64,000 bases of DNA from NCBI GenBank assembly GCA_051294375.1, contig CM119267.1, positions 3,584,192 to 3,648,191 of the forward strand. Reading direction: 5' to 3'. A program made the translations under genes and the position numbers. The DNA is from Paraspadella gotoi. Lineage: Eukaryota > Animalia > Chaetognatha. Of this stretch, positions 1-12,349 are shown piece after piece. The notes beneath the pieces were generated by a model. The model was not told where the DNA came from. It did no database searches and saw only the letters and a program-made list of their open reading frames with translations. Each line of letters opens with the position of its first letter. Position 1 is the first letter of the stretch.

Positions 1-235
1 ATTCTCTTATGTACATCTTTTATTCCCAAACGTAGTTATTTTAAATATTTCAACCTTTTTGGGTTTCATTTTCAGCTATTATGTTAATTTTAAACTTGTT
101 AGGACTCTGTTGTGTAATGTGTATTTTACATCGACGTGCTTTTGAGGTTTCACCCATTATCAGCCTCGATTGTATAATGTATATGTAACCTATTTAATGT
201 ACGTGTAATAAATATTACATAGAATTACATTAAAA

Positions 236-2320
236 ATGCGTTACATTGCGTTAAAGCGCGAGGCGAAGGAGAGATTGGACGAAAAAAACTACGATGCCGC
301 AATGGAGATCTACAGTCGAGCAGCAGATATGGCGCTGCGGGAAAATGCTGCTCCGGTTGAAGTTGCCAAAATCTACACCAACGAATCGGAAATGGCCTTT
401 AAAGTTTTTCAAAAAATATTTCTTGTTGGAACCGGAAGTCATTCTCCGTCTCCTGATTTAGAGCCTCTTCAAAATATCCTGAAACGATCTGAAGATGCGG
501 CCAAGGCGGCCATAGATATTTGCGAAGATTGGGCCAAGGGATTTCTTTACCTGGCCCGAGTTCGTGTTGTGTGGAGTTATACCTTTTTTTGTAAAGTCAT
601 GCAGGAATTTAACCAATTTTATGCCGACTCCCTGATGGAGAGGTATTTTGAACTGTGTTTTCCGAACACGAAAGAGAATGATATTGATATTAAAAGCATC
701 AAGAATCCAACTTTGTGGTTCGTTCTTAAGCTTATAAAGCATTCACTCTACGAAGATTTTATCAAGAGTCAACCGGGATTCGACGGATTACGATTTCCTA
801 AAAATGTATTTTATGTGAATCCCAGCGGCGCGGGCTGCTTCACCTCTATTTCTGACGCTACGTTTCACGCGCAAATCATGAAAAAGCCGTATTCGGTCTT
901 GATCGAACCCGGCGTTTACGAGGACGATTTTGGCTACGAATGTATTGGGCCTAGTTCCGAAATGTCTCAGAGCGGTTACATGTATTATGACCTCACGGAA
1001 TTGGAGGTTGACTTAGTAGGAAATAGGGCAAAACAATCTCAGTCGTATTTTGTGAAACTGGAGGAAAACCTTTCATCATTACTTGAGGAAGATTCCGAAA
1101 AACCTGTAACGGAAACTATCGTAGTATTTCAAAAAGATTTTGAAATATTTTCCAGAAAAATTAGTATTTCTCGGATGACTTTTTTGGACTTGAGTACGAA
1201 TGAGGTGTTTTTCAGATTTCATCTGAATACATCGAAAGAAAGATTTTCTGTCACTAACTGTTTTGCTGCACGTTGCTCACATGATGAAAACGGGGTCATA
1301 AATGATGAAACAGGAGCAATAAATGTTTTTTTAATTGCTTATAATTGCAACATTTTGATAAATGAATCACATCTCACTCGTTTTCATCACCCATTAATAC
1401 TTTCTACCTGCAATATAGTGATCAAAGAAACGACTATAAATTTAAGCGATATTTCGCTTGTTATCACTCACAATACCGTGGCCAATCTTAAAAACGTACA
1501 ATTTACGAACGGATTTCAAGTCAGTAACAGCAAATTAACCGCTTCTGATTCACTCTTTAGAAGTGTCAGTGCTCCAACCATGGTCGACATGGTATCGAAG
1601 TTACATTCCTCAGTTTTTGAAAAGATTACTATGTTTCATGTACGTAATTCTCAGGTTGAGGTGTCTAATTCCGAAGTGTTGATGAACTTAGATTCTAAAC
1701 GAGAGGTTTTTGCAATGGGGTTGTATAATGAAGTTGATTTAGATACACAATCGCACTTAGTTTTACGGAACAATAAAATAATTGCTCTATCTGAAATAAT
1801 TACTCTAAAACGTGAAGATTTAATCTGTCATTTACAAGGCAATAAAATTTGTTTACATGAAAAAATTCCAGGTATGGCCAAGTGCCTTCTTAAAGTTTTG
1901 TCCAATAAAACCATTGATTTGAGTTTCCATGAAAACGTAATCGTCGACGACAAAGAACGAAATTTAAACGCCAGTCATGGTTTTTATCATATCTTTAGCC
2001 GTTACTCTCGAGACAATGTCAAAGTTGAGGGCGACGAGGCGACTTTTTACAAGACTCTCTTACTCGCGAAAGATGCAGAATCTACAAGTCCTCGTACAGA
2101 TATGCATTTCACGAGATTGACGAAAGAAGGTCGGAAGAAAAGCAAGACTGGATATAAATTATGCAGTTATTGCTACAAGAAAGATTCCCTTGAAGATAAA
2201 TTTAAGTATTGCGGAAATTGTAGAGTCACGAGCTACTGCTCTCACGATTGCCAAAAAAAGCATTGGAAAGATGGTCATAAAGAGGAATGTTCGGTGTTGT
2301 CGCAGTCACTGGAACGCTGA
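236..2320 (+). CDS. Intronless 694-aa protein: N-terminal TPR-like helices, probable parallel beta-helix region, C-terminal MYND zinc finger
   Basis: C-terminal CSYC..CGNC...YCSHDCQKKHWKDGHKEEC is a MYND finger. LKREAKERLDEKNYDAAMEIYSRA is TPR-like. FTSISDA..IEPGVYE followed by N/I/S-rich repeats resembles pectin-lyase-like beta-helix proteins. Confidence 0.75.
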   Translation: MRYIALKREAKERLDEKNYDAAMEIYSRAADMALRENAAPVEVAKIYTNESEMAFKVFQKIFLVGTGSHSPSPDLEPLQNILKRSEDAAKAAIDICEDWAKGFLYLARVRVVWSYTFFCKVMQEFNQFYADSLMERYFELCFPNTKENDIDIKSIKNPTLWFVLKLIKHSLYEDFIKSQPGFDGLRFPKNVFYVNPSGAGCFTSISDATFHAQIMKKPYSVLIEPGVYEDDFGYECIGPSSEMSQSGYMYYDLTELEVDLVGNRAKQSQSYFVKLEENLSSLLEEDSEKPVTETIVVFQKDFEIFSRKISISRMTFLDLSTNEVFFRFHLNTSKERFSVTNCFAARCSHDENGVINDETGAINVFLIAYNCNILINESHLTRFHHPLILSTCNIVIKETTINLSDISLVITHNTVANLKNVQFTNGFQVSNSKLTASDSLFRSVSAPTMVDMVSKLHSSVFEKITMFHVRNSQVEVSNSEVLMNLDSKREVFAMGLYNEVDLDTQSHLVLRNNKIIALSEIITLKREDLICHLQGNKICLHEKIPGMAKCLLKVLSNKTIDLSFHENVIVDDKERNLNASHGFYHIFSRYSRDNVKVEGDEATFYKTLLLAKDAESTSPRTDMHFTRLTKEGRKKSKTGYKLCSYCYKKDSLEDKFKYCGNCRVTSYCSHDCQKKHWKDGHKEECSVLSQSLER

Positions 2321-2783
2321 GGCCTGATTTTTTTTTGGGGTCGCTTTCAGAGAAGCTTTTCTGCGATTTTTTTGTCGGTTGCCACAACCGATGGGTCATA
2401 ATTTTTTGTTTTAATTAATAATTTTCTGTCAATTTAAACTCTTTGATAAGTAGGACGTGGGAATAATAAATCCCTCATTTCGCTTTACTTTCAGTTTAAT
2501 TTTGACTTTATTTGATAATTTTTTAGGTTTATCTTTAAGTTAATTTGGTTTTAACGCCTCTAATTATTACGATTTTTTTTACGGCACCTTAAATTTATTT
2601 TGCTTTAGCACGTACTTTGTTTGCCTTTCTTAAAATAATTTTTATTTTATTCTCTATAATTTGTCTTTCAATATCACCGGAAATAATTTTTATAATGAAC
2701 TAAATGAAATCTTTTTCAGAGCTACAAAACTATATTTCCTCTACGAAATGACTCCGTTTCCCTCGTAACTCCCGAAAATAATA

Positions 2784-4783
2784 ATGGTTCTTTGCGGTCT
2801 GAGTGCCGTGACTAAGCGGCGCCTCTTGTACGCCAACGTGGGCGCCTTTGGCGTCTTGAGCGCCATCGAATATTCCATAATCCTTCCGACGATCTGGATC
2901 TACTTGTCCACCCTCTACGATTCCTCCTCCTGGTATTTCGGAATCTGCATATCCGGGTTTCACATGAGCGCCCTCATCTTCTCTCCAGTTTTCGGTTTTC
3001 TCAGCGACCGGAAGTTTCGGTCCAAGCCGCTCGTTCTCGTCGCCAATTGCTTTCAGGTTTGTTTTTTTTTAGTTTTATTGTAAGAGATAATTATTATCGA
3101 TTATTATTATCGATCTACTTAATTTTTACTCGAGTTCGTCTCTCTCACCTTATTGCTCATATTTTGTATAGATAAAAAGAAAATTAAATGATAATATTTA
3201 CAAACGTTTATTATATGGATTAAGTTTTTAAAAAAAATAATAGATTTAAAAGAATCAGAAATTAATTACTGCATCATTACGCGAGTTCCTTTTATTAAAT
3301 TAATTTAAAAAAAAAAAGATACAGCCGTTTAATATACATGATTTACTAATAAAAAGAAATTATGATGCAATTTTTGATTTTAGATCGCGGGAAGCGTTTT
3401 GTACCTGATCCGCGTGGAGCATTTGGTGTTCGTGTCTCGATTCGTGGCTGGCATCGGAGCAGCCGTGGGTGAGTGATCCTGCTGCATGTCTGACCACCTT
3501 TGTTCATTTGTTTCACTCTGAACAGATGATTGTTGTTGAAATAGGAAGCGTGCTTTTTGCCGACGTCAATCGAGTGACCGGGGAAGAAAAGCGAACGTCC
3601 ATCCTCGCTTTTCTCATGCTCTGTCGTCAGGTGGATCCCTCGTTTTAATTTAATTTTCACCAAATTTTTGAATACATGTAAAAACAACTCGTTTTCTCTT
3701 CTTTCTTCCAAACACTCAGATCGGCCTCTTCGCCGGCCCCGCTCTTAACTTTTTCCTCTCCCACTTCAACTTCAATCTCGGTCCCTTGCGCGTCGACCTT
3801 TACACGGCGCCGGGCTTCACGATGGCCTCTCTTTGGATCCTCTTCCAGATCGTCATGGCGTTGACTTATTTCGACGCTGAAGACATCGACTTTCACGCCC
3901 CAAACCCCGCCGAGACTCCGGCATCAGTCATCGCCTCGACCCCCGCCCCGCCCCCGTCGGTCCCGCCCTGCCTCCCGCGCCTTCGGAAACGTCGCCGTTG
4001 CTTCAAGACTCCGAGGCTCACGACTTTTACGGTTCCGCGGGAAGCCTCGACGAAGTCATTGGTCCCGTCTACGGGGAATCTCAGGCCTCCGCTCGACACG
4101 ACGGAGACAAGACTCCCTCTTCCGTCTATTCCTCCCGATTCGAGATGTTTCGTCGCTACGTGGACGAGTTTTCCGAAGAGGGCGTGGTCGTTCTCCTCGG
4201 CGCCTTCCTCGTCTCCTCTTTCGGACAGATGGCGTTGGAGACGATGGTGACCCCCGTCATGGGCGACCTCTTTCATTTCGGCGAATTCGAGAACACTCTC
4301 TTCTTCGCCGTCGCGGGCGGAATCATCTTCGCCGTCTGCATCTTGGTGGGTTGTCTGAGCAGGAGGGTCCACGACCGGACCATGTCGTTGATCGGCCTGC
4401 TCTTCATGCTGGTCTCGTTGGTCTGGGGCATCGTGGTTCTACCCGTGGCTCGTTTCGGCCAGCCCTTTCTTCTCGTCCATTTCGTGGGATTGTGCGTCTT
4501 CGACGTCGTCGGCCTCACGATCGTCAGCATCGCCTGCTTCAGCCTCTACTCGAAACTCGTCAAGAGGGAAACGCAAGGGCTGGCGATGGGCTTTCGGCGG
4601 GCGGCGAACAGTCTCGGCCTCATTCTGGGTCCTCTGTGGGCGGGGTCTCTCATCCACGACCTCTATTTGATGTTGGGCGTTATTTTAGGCCTTTTGAGTC
4701 TCATCGTGGCCATGTACATTTTGTCCTTCAAAAAGCTGACTCCGACCCCGGTCTCTAATCATCATCGATCTTCAAGAGCTTAA
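2784..4783 (+). CDS. MFS transporter, MFSD8/CLN7-like (4 exons; one frame break near 3900)
   Basis: Exons approx. 2784-3056, 3384-3468, 3545-3630, 3720-4783. Motifs YSIILPTIWIYL, SPVFGFLSDR, SRFVAGIG, YTAPGF, SLYSKL, ILGPLWAG. A dileucine sorting motif ETSPLL lies in the central loop. Confidence 0.8.
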
Positions 4784-5026
4784 TTCGTTTATTTATTTAT
4801 TTTTCGCGAATTCGCGTGATGAATTAATTACGCCCATTAACTTTTACACAGCTACCTCGAAAAGGAATAAATATCAATATCTTTAATTAGCCAACAAAAA
4901 AAAACTTGTGTTTCTGTGATAGTTTTTTTTTCGTTACAGCTGTTTTATCAGCGTTTATTTTAAATTTTTATTTTTCAGTTTTACCACCTTAAAATACTAT
5001 TTTATATTTAAACATTCGTGAGCAAC

Positions 5027-5543
5027 ATGGGTAAATTTTTAAAACCGGGAAAAGTGGTTTTGGTTTTGAACGGGAAATACGCGGGACGGAAGGCGATCAT
5101 CGTTCGAAACTACGACGAAGGAGCGGCTGACCGTCAGTACGGCCACGCCCTCGTCGCCGGCATCGATCGTTATCCTCTCAAAGTCACCAAGAAGATGGGG
5201 AAGAAGAAAATCGCCAAGAGAAGCAAGATCAAGTCCTTCGTCAAAATTTGCAACTACAATCACCTCATGCCGACGAGGTACTCCGTCGACGTCGCCCTCG
5301 AGAAGGCTCTGGTCAGTTTATAATTTATGCTTTGCTACTCGAAAGAATAGTACATGTCGTATCACGACTTTCGTTTAATCTTCATTTGTTTTAATCCACT
5401 GAACGCTTTTACCCCAGGTCAACAAGGACTGCTTTCGCGATCCGACGCTGAGGAAGAAAGCGAAGAAAGAAGCCAAAGAGAAGCTGGAAGAGCGCTACAA
5501 GTCGGGGAAAAACAAGTGGTTCTTTAGCAAACTTCGCTTCTGA
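5027..5543 (+). CDS. RPL27: 60S ribosomal protein L27 (eL27), 2 exons
   Basis: [23 protein letters not shown]...NHLMPTRY; intron 5312-5417; ends [14 protein letters not shown]. Confidence 0.97.
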
Positions 5544-5749
5544 AATGGCAAAACTATTATTCAATTTACTGGGATTTGATGATTTCTTTAAATTAAACCG
5601 TTAAAATCTTTTGAAAATAAAATTGAATTATTTTTGAGTTTTTAGCTTCCAATTTTTTTTTTCGTTTCAATCCTTAAGCTTTTTTTCCCAAGCACTTTGA
5701 TATCGTTGAATTTATTGAGCGGGAGAATTTGTTGGGACCTTAAAAAAAA

Positions 5750-8210
5750 ATGGCCGACAAAGATCTCGTCAAGTTGTTGTCGGCGGAACGCTTCAATCCG
5801 GACGAGTACGTGCAGACTCTTTCCAGACAAACCGATGGCGCGGCGGAGACGTTTACCTCGACCAAAGACCAAGTGAGACCCAGCGAGTTCCACTTCATTC
5901 TTTCTTCAATAAAACCTTTTCTTTATAAAATATTATTTTCTTTTTCTCAAAGGTGCAAAAATTGGTGGATCAGACGAATCTACTTCTCAAGAAGAATGTC
6001 TACAAAAACTACACCTTATTCATCGAAACGGCTCGAGAGATATCCGTCCTGGAGGGCGAGATGTACCAACTGAGCCATCTGCTTACTGACCAAAAGGACG
6101 GTCTCCATCTATTGCTGGAGACGTCGATGACCAGCGACCGGCTGGAGATGCCGAGGGACGACGGCGACTCCATCAATAAGGGCGACGACGAGACGAAGAA
6201 GAATCTCGCTTTTCTTCTCGAGAAAGTCGAAGGTGAGGTTCCGGAGCATTCTCTTTTCATATTGAAATAAATAATAATAAATTATATTAAAATTTTTTTA
6301 GGTTGCGCCATGGTTACCGAGGTGGCCGGTAGATGTTTGGTTCACGACGGAGATTTGGTTCAGATGGATCCCGACACGTTCAACACGTTACGACGCGTTC
6401 GCGCGTTTTTGCTCAACGACAGCGTGATGATCACGATTCCTTTGCCTAAGGGCAAAACCAAAGGTGTGAGGGGCAGTTCGGCAATAAATGCAACTTTTGT
6501 ATTTCGATTATTAATCATTAGTTTAATCAAAAGTTTGATATTAATTCTCATTATTTTATTCACTTTAGGTCCAACTCGATACAAGTTCGAGAGTCTTTAC
6601 GACCTCGACAGTCTCGCCATCGTCAACGCCAAAGACATGGGAGCCGTCAAAAACGCCTTCAAAGTGCTCATGTTTCCCGACTGCCACTTGTATCAAGCCG
6701 AAAGTCCAAAAGCCAAAAAGGAATGGCTGGAAATGCTTGATCAAACGAAAAAGGCCCGACTCAATTTTACCAATCTTTCCAATTTGGAAAGCAAGAGACG
6801 GGAGAGCATGGCCATAGCGGAGGCTTCGTCATCGCAGGCCACCACCCCCGTTTCGGGTATGTCGATTTATAAATTATCTCCGAATGGACTATTGATTCGA
6901 CTTCTTTACTTCCAGACCCGGCGAATCCTTTTTACGAAGACTACGGTTCAGACCCCTCGGGCGGAAAATCCAACATCGAAACTTCTATCCTCGAAGAAGA
7001 TTGGGTCAAAGAGCTCATGGAGGATCTCGACGTCTACATCGCCGAGCGCAACTTCGAAGAGGCGGTGGACAGCATCGAGAAGGCGCAGGACGTCCTCTCC
7101 GGTTGTCCCAAGACCCCCGAGGCGCAAGAGTATCGCTCCAAGATCGACCAAAGAGTCGGACTTCTAACTGATGTCCTCATGCGCGAATTGGATCCTCCCT
7201 CGCTGGATCGCTCGGGTCCGCCTATCATGCAGGGCGGTCCTCGCGCCGCTCGCCGCGCCATCTCTCAGCTCACGCGTTTGGGAAAATGCTCCAAGGCCTG
7301 CCAATTGTTTCTCAAGGGCCGATCTACCATCATCAAGCACACCGTTCGGCAGCTGAAGATCGAGGGCGCGACGACGCTTTACATCAAACGACTTTGCGCC
7401 GTCTTTTTTCCCGCGATGCTCGACGCCGGCAAAGAATTTTTCCGCGCCTTTCCAGAAAACAACTCTTGCGCGGCTTCCTTCGTGGTTTGGGCCCGGCGCC
7501 AACTCGAGGCCTTTTACGAAACTTATCGACGTCAAGTGTTTCCGGGCGGCTCCTCCAAGTCGTCCTTCTTTTCCATCGCCGACTGCGTGCAGGTGGCTCG
7601 TTCTGCCGTGGATTCCCTCCACGCGATCGGGCTCGACCTTTCCTCCGCGTTGGACGGGCTCATGCGCAAAGACGTGGAGAAGATCGTCTTCATCAAACGC
7701 GACCATCTCCTCGACGCCGTCCACCAACGCGCTCGCGAGGATCTCTGGCGCCCGATGAACCATTTTAACGCGTCTATGGTGACCAAGTTCGTGGAGGAGA
7801 TGGAAGCGGTCGGGTTGGGCGGCGCCGTCGAGGGTTTGGTTTACGACGAATGCTGGGTCGGCATCACCCAGAACACGGCGCAGTTCTCCAAGTCCGTCCT
7901 CGCCTTTGTCGATGCCTCCATCAAGCTTTACTCCCTTCCCCTTCATCCCGTGATCGCCGACGCCGTCGTCGACGTCTTCCAAGCGCAGATCGATCACGTC
8001 GAAGCTTCGCTCAAGAATCATAAATTTTCCAACGACTACAAGTTCGTTTTGAAGAACGCGGCCTTTGTTTTAGAGTCGGTTCTCCCTTTGACGGAGAGCA
8101 GTTATCAGACGGCGACGGGCGGGCGTTCCTGCGGTTCCCTCGCCAAACTCAAGGATGAGATGCAAAGGCTTCGTCACGTTGCCGCGTCCATGCAAGTCAC
8201 CGTTGTCTAA
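5750..8210 (+). CDS. EXOC8: Exocyst complex component 8 (Exo84), 5 exons
   Basis: Exons 5750-5871, 5953-6232, 6302-6463, 6569-6856, 6916-8210. LKKNVYKNYTLFIETAREISVLEGEMYQLSHLL, a PH domain, EDLDVYIAERNFEEAV and LKIEGATTLYI match Exo84. Confidence 0.93.
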
Positions 8211-8397
8211 TTTTGTTTGCTTCGGGGATGAGAAACGTTCATTGGCGTCTTAAACTATGAATTAATTCTAGTCCACTATGATTTTTTTTTTTGCGCATAT
8301 TCCTGTCATTCGTTGCTCTTTTTTTTTTTTTTTTATTTAATTCCGAAGTTTTTTTTATTTATTCCTTAGACGAAATAGCTACTTATTTATTGGAAGG

Positions 8398-8709
8398 ATG
8401 GCTGCGCCCGGCGCCGCCGTTGCGCTGAACGAACAGCAGATGCAAATTGTGGCGCAACTGGAGTTGGAGATGATGCAGGATATGTACGCTCGGATGACAA
8501 AGTCCTGTCACCGTAAATGCATCAACATTCGATACTCTGAAGGAGAATTGTCCAAGGGCGAGAGCGTCTGTTTGGACAGATGCGTCGCCAAATATCTCGA
8601 CATTCACGACAGAATCGGGAAGAAGTTGACGACAATGTCGGGAACCGACGAGGAGCTGATGAAGAAGGCGGCGGCGCCGGGCGGAGTTATCGGCGGCATC
8701 GGCAGTTGA
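8398..8709 (+). CDS. TIMM10: Mitochondrial small TIM chaperone Tim10, intronless
   Basis: Twin CX3C motifs (CHRKC, CLDRC); [12 protein letters not shown] and [18 protein letters not shown]. Confidence 0.95.
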   Translation: MAAPGAAVALNEQQMQIVAQLELEMMQDMYARMTKSCHRKCINIRYSEGELSKGESVCLDRCVAKYLDIHDRIGKKLTTMSGTDEELMKKAAAPGGVIGGIGS

Positions 8710-8912
8710 CGAGACTCCAGCAGGGAACGTCTGTTTCGAACTAAATGACCTTGGGTGGCGATTGACTTATTCTCTTAATCGAGTTTAAGATTCTCATTCC
8801 CTTTCTTTTGAACTCTCACGTTCGCTTTCATTGGCGAATTTGTTTTGATCAGTGTTATTACTTACACTTGCACTCGTTTTTTTTTTGTTAAGAAAATTTG
8901 TTTATACTGAAA

Positions 8913-9678
8913 ATGGCGGGATCGATTTCGAGCGAATCTTTGCCGCCAAATGTGAAAGTGACTCCTGGGGCGGTGGTCTGCCAGGAGTCCGACTTGCGAG
9001 GCGACATCACCATCGGAGCCAGGACTGTCATTCATCCTAAAGCCCAGGTGGGACGAAACGTGAGGCGTCACACTTGCTCCGTTCACCTCGTTTAGTTTAA
9101 CATGGTAGCGAAGTTTAAAAAATAACCAACAAAACTGCTTGAGTGAGGTCTCATTACACTTTTATTAATGACAGATTATTGCTGAGGCTGGCCCCATCAT
9201 TATCGGAGAGAACAATTTAATTGAGGAACAAGTTCGGATCCACAACGTGGCGCCGATGTCCGGGTCATCCACATCCAATTCCACCGTCATGATCATTGGC
9301 AATAACAACGTTTTCGAAGTCGACTGTTTTTCCGAAGCGCTCAGCATAGGTTCGGAAATTGTAAAATTATTTTGAAATAATTTTTTTTTCATCTAAACTG
9401 GATTCGTACCATCTTTCGACCATCTTGGTAAAGGCGACAACAATATATTAGAAGCCAAGAGCCACGTGGGTCGCCAAACGGAACTTACCCACGGATGCAT
9501 CGTCGCCTCTCGCGTCGCCTTGACAACCGTCGAACGCGTCGCCGAGAACACCGTCATATTCGGTTCGGACAGCAAGCGACGAACGCAGACCGAACGACCT
9601 CTACCGCAAACACTGCAGATCGAGTTTTTAACGAAGATTCTCCCCAATTATCATCACTTGAGAAAATCGTCGAAATAG
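8913..9678 (+). CDS. DCTN6: Dynactin subunit 6 (p27), 3 exons
   Basis: [26 protein letters not shown]|[19 protein letters not shown]; C-terminal [19 protein letters not shown]. Confidence 0.93.
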
Positions 9679-9868
9679 TCGCGTCGAATCTGTTCACAGA
9701 GTTGCTTTTAATAGTCATCTTTATTTCATGTACATTTGCTTTGTTTTAACAGTATATAGTCGACTTTAACCATTCGTTGCGAATGTCATGTTCAAACGAC
9801 TCTCGCTTTATTTTCGCAAGTTAACTTCCGCGAACGAAGCGAAAAAATTAACCTTTGACTCTGCGGCG

Positions 9869-12215
9869 ATGGCCGTGGAGGCGCCGACGTCCGCCTCGGC
9901 CTCCCGCGACGAAGCTCAGATCCCGGTGTCGTCCTCCGCTGATCCGCGAAGCTCTTTCGGCGCTTATCTCCTCTACTTCGCGCGCAATGACCTCAGCGAC
10001 ATCGGCCACGATGAAGTGCGAAACGTCGCCGCCGTCTTCGGCGCGCGGCTCGAGTTGCGGAGAATCCCTGAAGACGGGAAGAGTCCGCTGGCGATTGTTT
10101 CCAACTCTGAGGTAAGAGGATCGAGATAAATGATTTCGAACGATTGATAAGGTATGAGATTGCATCAGGACATCGGCGAGGACCTTCTCCGTCGAATCTT
10201 GGGGCGAACAGTTTTGGTCAAATGCGCCGTTCGACTCTGGGCCTTTTCTCTCGGCACCTCCGAGTCTCTCGCCAAGGCCTTGAGCGAAATTCCCGACGAT
10301 CTCACGCGACGGTACAAAGAACCCGACGTCAGTTTTAAATTTACTGTGGAGTCAATCGGTAGGTAAGCGACGATCTTTATTTTCCGATCGTATCCTTATT
10401 TCGAGCGACTGAAGAAGATTAAGGTAACCGAATTCTTTAGGAAAATCTCTGTCGATGGATGAAAAGTTAAAAATCATCGACGAATATCGAGACACGGGAT
10501 TCGCTGGAAAAGTCAAATTGAAAAACCCGGATCTCGACTTTTGGGTCATCGGTAAATTGGATCTCATCGATCTTAGGTTTATCGGTTCCGTCTTTTCAAT
10601 CGTTAAATGCAGTTAAATTCGTTTCCTTCTCAGAGTACCACGGTTTAAATCATCAAGACAATCCCCAACCCCATCCGCTGGCTCGATTCTTCGGCCAATG
10701 GATTCTCGACGGCAACCGGAAGTTGATTCAAGAGCTTTCATTGAAAGAAAGAAAATATATAGGTAAGTTGTTAGCAATGTTCTCATTGCAGAAATTGTTT
10801 TATTTAACTAGCGGCTTGTTTTTACTTCAAGGCAACACTTCGATGGATCCCGAAATAAGTTTGATCATGTCAAACCTGGCGATGGTTCGCGAATCCAGTT
10901 TCGTCTTCGATCCTTTCGTCGGCACCGGATCTCTGCTTATTGCCGCAGCGCAACACGGCGCCACTGTCGCCGGCGCCGACATCGATTACAAGACTATTCA
11001 CGGCATCGGAAAATCTTCCAGGTTTGGTTTGTTTGTTTGTTTTTGTTTTTTTGGAGGGGGAATAATGACTTTAACTTTCGGTAAAGATTTCTATTCTAAT
11101 CTATTTTCTCCCATCAGAGCGAATCAAAAATGGCGAAAAAAAGACGAAACGATTGGCGCCAATTTTTCTCAGTACGGTCTTGATTCGCGTTTCCTCGACG
11201 TCTTGGTCGCGGATTCTTCCAGGTTAGTTTTATATTTCGACCTCTTTAAATTCAAGCATTCATTATCATTTTAATATTGGACTAAGTTCATTTTCGTGAC
11301 ATAAGTTTATTTTAATGTTTCGTATCATAAAAATATCTCGAATCTCCCAGGGCGTGTCTCCGGCCTTTACCCCTTTTCGACGCCATCGTCACTGATCCAC
11401 CCTACGGCATCCGAGAAGCCTCCGTCAAAGTCGGAACTCACAAAGGTGACCACTGACCACTGACCACCCGACCTGTTTGGTGGCGGTTCTTCGATGTCCG
11501 CACGAATTTGTCTCCAACACGACCAAGGAACTGTTTTTCTTATCAAGTTTCTCTCTTTGTCTAATCCTCGATTTCTCTCTCCCTCGCAGTCGATTACACG
11601 ATTCCCCCCGAATACAACGAACCCGGTCGTCATTTTCCGGAAAGCGTCCAATACGACCTCAACGACTCCTACTGTGATCTCCTTAATTTCGCCGCTCGGT
11701 AAAAGACCAATCCCCTCCCGCGCCCCCCCTTCCGCGACTCTCGTCAATTTTAAGGAATTTTTATTTTAATTTTCAGTTATCTCAATGTCGGCGGTCGACT
11801 GGCCTGCTGGTTCCCCGTCTACCGTCCCCATTACGACCCAGATCAAATACCTACGCATTCGTGTTTGAGACTGATTGGAAACTATGAGCAGGTGACCATA
11901 ATGGTGACATTAACTTTAAACTAATATGAAAATCCAAAGAGAATCCTTTATTTCTGAAACTACCAATTTCTCATTAAAATTCTCATTTTCCTTCAGATTC
12001 TCTCGCATATTTTCTCTCGCCGTCTTTTGTTGATGGAAAAGACTTGTTCCTTCCGCGAGGGGACGCGGGCGAAAAGCGCGAAGAACCACTTTGACAAAAG
12101 TCTCCGGGATCGATACTTCGGTTTGGACTCGAACGCGGACCAAGAGGAAGAAAGATCAAGAAAAGAATCGGAGGAAGATCCCCGGGATAATCCCGGGGAA
12201 CATTTAGAGAAATAA
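9869..12215 (+). CDS. TRMT11: tRNA (guanine-10-N2)-methyltransferase, multi-exon; an in-frame upstream ATG exists at 9788
   Basis: LSLKERKYIGNTSMDPEISLIMSN, SAM-binding DPFVGTGSLL, GADIDY, DAIVTDPPYGIRE, FSRRLLLMEK. Confidence 0.9.
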
Positions 12216-12349
12216 ACTCTATCTTATTGTTGTTTTGTTTATTGTTCAACCAGTTTTTTATATTATTATACTTTTTGACGTTTTATTTTTTCGTTTTCTT
12301 TTAGTTATTCAAGTTAGACGTCGTGATGTAGTTAGCATTATACTGAAAA

